Virus record (IMG/VR): IMGVR_UViG_3300021387_000072
Span: 1-64,000 of that record
Reading direction: 5' to 3' (one strand)
DNA length: 64,000 nucleotides
DNA from: a virus
Taxonomy: Duplodnaviria; Caudoviricetes
This document shows positions 60,361 through 64,000 of the stretch, one piece after another (positions within the stretch are counted from its first letter, which is position 1; the number at the start of each line of letters is the position of its first letter). The position numbers were made by a program, and so were the translations under genes. The notes under the pieces are model-generated. The model ran no database searches. It was not told where the DNA came from and was given only the letters and a program-made list of their open reading frames with translations.

Positions 60361-60522
60361 ACAAGTCAAATGCCGCAAGCTGGTGCGTAATCCAGCAGCA
60401 ATGTGAAAGCCATTGCCACCGCAAGGTGTACGAGACTCCCGGTAGGAGTGACAGTCAGTATCGCACCAATACAACTTAAGCCCCGGTGCTACCAACACCA
60501 GGGCCGGAAAGGGGGATAACCA

Positions 60523-60639
60523 GTGAAGTTCTATTACACTGGCTACTCCGTCATGGGCCGTCTCCATGACGGAAGCTGGATGCCCTTCGCCACAGAGGAA
60601 GAGTACCGCGAGTACTATAACTCCGAAAGCGAGGACTAA
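60523..60639 (+). CDS. 38-aa small phage protein (absent from ORF track)
   Basis: MKFYYTGYSVMGRLHDGSWMPFATEEEYREYYNSESED; SD GGGGGA; resembles small FATExEYxEY proteins recalled from Firmicute phages. Confidence 0.65.
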   Translation: MKFYYTGYSVMGRLHDGSWMPFATEEEYREYYNSESED

Positions 60640-60776
60640 TCCAAAAAGTCCGAAATGAATTCTAGCATAGGTGCTGCTGGAATGCAACCTGGGTGCAGCC
60701 GGTAATCTGCACGTAAGACTGCCTTGCTGGTGGGAGGTCAAACCAGTAATTATTATTTTATACTGGAGGTACCATT

Positions 60777-61208
60777 ATGAAGAACAATACTATGAGCACT
60801 CCTTTGGACATTTTGGCAGAAGATTTTCAGGCCGAAAACGACTGGTGGAATGAAAAGGGCTTCAGGAATCCGGAATCCATGAAGCTCGATGATCTTATTA
60901 AGTATGTAGAAACTCTTAATGAGGATCGTAGGGTTGAATACATCGAATTGTTTGATGAGCATTTTAATCTGTATTTTTGGGATCCCGATTATGGTCCCGA
61001 AGACAGTCTGGCTGATCTAATCGACAGCCCGGACGATCGGATTGTAGATGAATACGAGGAGCGTTTCCCCGTGTATCATGATGAACCCTGGGACTTCAAC
61101 AACGCTTCCGATGAAGAGCAGGACGAGTACCTCGACTGGCTCGAAAGGAGGTGCAATATCGTTACTACTCCTACGATAATTGAAGGGCTTGATGAGCTGC
61201 CCTTCTGA
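60777..61208 (+). CDS. Highly acidic hypothetical protein ending in DELPF
   Basis: SD GGAGG; D/E-rich. Confidence 0.65.
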   Translation: MKNNTMSTPLDILAEDFQAENDWWNEKGFRNPESMKLDDLIKYVETLNEDRRVEYIELFDEHFNLYFWDPDYGPEDSLADLIDSPDDRIVDEYEERFPVYHDEPWDFNNASDEEQDEYLDWLERRCNIVTTPTIIEGLDELPF

Positions 61209-61210
61209 TA

Positions 61211-61290
61211 TGCCGAAACCCGGACTGTCGTGAGACAGGCTGGGTCAACAGGGTGGTGGTTACCCCTGTTCTGATGATGGCAAACCGCTA
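61211..61290 (+). ncRNA. Type II hammerhead ribozyme with pseudoknot; predicted cut after GUC at 61246
   Basis: TGCC-GAAA-CCCGG..CTGGG-TC-AACAGGG-loop-CCCTGTT-CTGATGA-T-GGCA; loop TGGTGGTT pairs with AACCGCTA. Confidence 0.82.
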
Positions 61291-61299
61291 TTCATCAGC

Positions 61300-62245
61300 T
61301 CACCTCTATTTCCCTCCCCCAGGGAAAATCCAGGACAGCACCTGTTCGGGCGGGACATTTTCCTGGCGTGAGCCTTACTTGTTCTTATAGTATTACTTGG
61401 CGTATGGTTGGCGTTTACCCATTCTGGGCGTGTAACACCGCCGCACGGCGGCGGCTTGAACCTGTGGGTAAACTGTACCACATGCTTGGGTTAAGCAGTG
61501 AGTCGTTCACTTCAACACGCTGGCGTGAACCGCGTGTGCGTGGGGCGCACACGGCGTTCACACAGCGACTGTTCCTGAGTCTTGCTCACCTTGCGCAACT
61601 GCTCGGCCTCTCACCGCTTCTATGCGGTATCGGCCTACACAGTTGCTTATGGTGCCATGCTACAGTAACACATTCAATAGACTTGTGTTACCGGCGCAAG
61701 GCGCCTGCTTGGTGATGTGGAGAACGTCGTGAGACAGTTCGGCTCGAAAATCCCACTGGGTCACATGCAAGAGGCTAGGTCTTGCATGATGAATTAGCTC
61801 GGCGAAAGCCATTGAGCTAGTGTCAGTCGGCCTAGCCCCGACAACGTCTCGTCAACCAGACGTTAAAGTTAGGTTGACTTTTTATCCAGACGCTATCATG
61901 GGCGGCATCTGGATGAATGAAGTCCATGCGCAGAGGCTAGTCCTGTAGTTAAAATACTGACTGGTGTGTAGGCCAAGGCCCTACCGGATGGAAAGCAAAT
62001 GACCATCATTTGCCCTGTGGTTGGCAGAGCAACCCAGCCACTGCAGTCTGAAAGATGACTGTGGTCAAATTCAGTCATCCCGAAAGGGATGCATATAGTG
62101 AACTTCATCCAGCATGTCTTGCACAACATGTTGGATGATTATAGCGGATGTTCACCCCAGACTGATGAACCGCCTGCAACAGGCGTGAATTGTTGCTACC
62201 CACATGCAGTGTTTGTGCAGACACTGTATGTGGGTATTTTTTTTC
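61300..62245 (+). ncRNA. Candidate large structured noncoding RNA(s)
   Basis: No credible ORF; many nested stems, GNRA loops, a kissing-loop pair and a pseudoknot; ends at a terminator. Confidence 0.55.
62197..62244 (+). terminator. Intrinsic terminator
   Basis: TACCCACATGCAGTGT...ACACTGTATGTGGGTA-T8. Confidence 0.8.
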
Positions 62246-62372
62246 TTACTTGGCCTAAACAGCATGTGTCATCGTGACACATGTGATATCTTCACCAAAC
62301 GCGGCAAGGCCGCTACTTGGTGATGTGGAGAAGACGTTCTCCAAAAATATATAAAGACTTTGGAGGTTTATC

Positions 62373-62570
62373 ATGGAAAATAAAGTTTATCTTGTACAGG
62401 TGCACTTCTTCATGTTCAACAGTTATGAATGGGAAGAGGATATAACTCCTGTGAAGGTGTTTCGCAATCTGAAAGATGCCGAGGCTTTTCAGAAAGAAAA
62501 GATGGCATCTTTCCCTAAGGAAAAGTATAGAGACCATGAAGTCTCTATTACTGAACTGCCGATTTCCTGA
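62373..62570 (+). CDS. Small hypothetical protein
   Basis: SD GGAGG. Confidence 0.6.
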   Translation: MENKVYLVQVHFFMFNSYEWEEDITPVKVFRNLKDAEAFQKEKMASFPKEKYRDHEVSITELPIS

Positions 62571-62576
62571 ATCATC

Positions 62577-62617
62577 ATAATGCTCACCGCTGTGATTGGC
62601 GGTGAGCATTATTTTTT
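62577..62617 (+). terminator. Intrinsic terminator
   Basis: ATAATGCTCACCGC/GCGGTGAGCATTAT followed by a T run. Confidence 0.75.
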
Positions 62618-62649
62618 CTCCTCATTCGAAAATTGCTGTAATGGGAGAA
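62615..62649 (+). promoter_or_regulatory. Third copy of the promoter/operator motif (2 mismatches, opposite orientation)
   Basis: TTTCTCCTCATTCGAAAATTGCTGTAATGGGAGAA. Confidence 0.65.
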
Positions 62650-62666
62650 AAGAAAGGATGATGTAT

Positions 62667-63284
62667 ATGGTAAACCCACCTGAGGTTATACACTTCAACA
62701 ACTTCAAAGGTGTATCTCATAAATCTATTGTCACTGAGATAATAGACAAGTTTGGCCTTAAAGAAGAAGAGGCCAAACTGCTCATGCTGTATGGATGTTG
62801 TAGCAACAGGTTTGCTCCATCAAAACAGTATATTGAGAATAAGACTGGCATTCTCAAAGAACATGTCAGTCGTGTTCGCAAGAAACTGGTAGATGATGGA
62901 TTCATTGAATACAGCAATGAGAATGGCGTATATACAATCTATCTTGACTGGCAACAGTTAAGAGATCTTGCAAGCGTTCCTGCAGACAAAGTTGGCAAGA
63001 AGAAGACCAGGATTGTGGCAAAGGTAGATCACAACTGGACTCCCAAGTATGCTTACTTCAACAATAAGCATATGTCGGATGAGACCAAGATGATGCTCTT
63101 TGCCAGTGAATTCTGGAACATTCCTCTCAATAACATTTACCCTGAAGAAGACGAGACATTTGGAATGTCTAAAGAGTTCCTTGCTCAAAAAGCAAAGGAT
63201 GCTCATGAGTTCTTCTATGAGGGTGGATTTGAGAGGGAATTCCCTGAAGTGGCTCAGATGGACTTCGGTCCTGTACCCTTTTAA
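62667..63284 (+). CDS. Winged-HTH protein, possible replication initiator or regulator
   Basis: 'PSKQYIENKTGILKEHVSRVRKKLVDDGFIEY'. Confidence 0.6.
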   Translation: MVNPPEVIHFNNFKGVSHKSIVTEIIDKFGLKEEEAKLLMLYGCCSNRFAPSKQYIENKTGILKEHVSRVRKKLVDDGFIEYSNENGVYTIYLDWQQLRDLASVPADKVGKKKTRIVAKVDHNWTPKYAYFNNKHMSDETKMMLFASEFWNIPLNNIYPEEDETFGMSKEFLAQKAKDAHEFFYEGGFEREFPEVAQMDFGPVPF

Positions 63285-64000
63285 TAATCCACATTTCTGC
63301 GGAATATTTAGTTATAATTCTATATATAAAATAGTTATAGAATTATATCTAAAAATAGCGAAAAATGGGTTCCATATTATTAATGGGGGAAAATACTCGT
63401 GTTTGGTTTTGAGGGGAACTCTGTCATGGAGTCAGGAGAGACTGGCGTGGAACAGTTCTTTCTATGTTCCATTTCCTCTCCATTCCTCCTCTCCTCCTCC
63501 ACTTCCTCTCACCTCGTGAGAGCATCTCTACAAACCCACTAAGCAGACGCTAAATGCGAGTGAACTTGATACCGTCAAGTGAACGAGCATTTAGCGTAGC
63601 GTCTTCACACACTTTTAGTTTTAATACTGACTAGTGTAAGACCACTGCTGATCTGCATCGCTTGTCGCGTCTCCAAAAGAGCGACAGCGATGCGACTACC
63701 TCTTTGTTCCGAAACAAAAATTGAATATAAACATCTCTCTTCTTATCATCCCCATGCTTCTCGCTTGCGTTGGTCTCAGCGATCGCATGGGGATTACTCG
63801 TGTTGTTCCTTTATCTCTCTGTTTGTTAAACCCATATGACTCTGTGGAGTATAACATCTTTTCTTTCTTCGCCTTACGGCTCGAAAGAAAAGAGTGACAT
63901 AAGGGTTTTTAGAGATAAAGCCGCGAGAATTTGAAAAATTTGTGTTGTCCTCTCCCCATCCCCTCGCACGGCGAGGGGCTTGGTGAGGTGGTGGTTTCAA

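Noticed and set aside
60378-60396. Twister-sister P4-like hairpin GCTGG-TGCGTAAT-CCAGC
   Set aside because: No GCUCA cleavage strand or P1/P2 found
55892-61236. Repeated CTGTC-GTGA-GACAG as N4-style hairpin promoters or CRISPR repeats
   Set aside because: Both copies are explained as GNRA-capped stems inside ribozymes (twister P3, hammerhead stem III); there is no regular spacer array
61368-61715. 115-aa ORF within the structured region
   Set aside because: No SD and unprotein-like composition; base-pairing explains the sequence better
62160-62195. Hammerhead at CTGATGA 62162
   Set aside because: GAAT instead of GAAA and no consistent stems I and III

Overview
A 64-kb piece of a large, probably temperate siphovirus of a Firmicute (Clostridia-like) host, with SPbeta-like gene organisation. 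Bases 177-53518 form a minus-strand late operon: two tRNAs, terminase, portal, protease/scaffold, five paralogous head-decoration genes surrounding two fibre genes, capsid, neck, a tail-tube gene split by a group I intron carrying a GIY-YIG endonuclease, G/GT chaperones with a -1 frameshift, a 6777-aa tape measure protein (TMP), Dit, Tal and holin. The operon ends at a half tRNA-Val that looks like an att site. Bases 53520-55400 are a control region with an XRE gene. Bases 55400-62600 are a more GC-rich plus-strand cassette, presumed early. Headline observations: (1) the N-terminal third of the TMP carries the ordered motifs of a two-barrel (YonO / RNAi-RdRP / crAss-type) RNA polymerase (DGxG, QxRxG..KG, RxP, DLDGD) followed by a PD-(D/E)xK nuclease domain, so it is a candidate virion RNA polymerase fused to the tape measure; (2) a second, stand-alone two-barrel RNAP (DFDGD) lies in the plus-strand cassette; (3) that cassette is punctuated just after gene stops by four self-cleaving ribozymes (two permuted twisters, two hammerheads) and also contains pseudoknots and about 1 kb of structured noncoding sequence with kissing loops. 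All calls come from motif reading by eye; no database searches were run.
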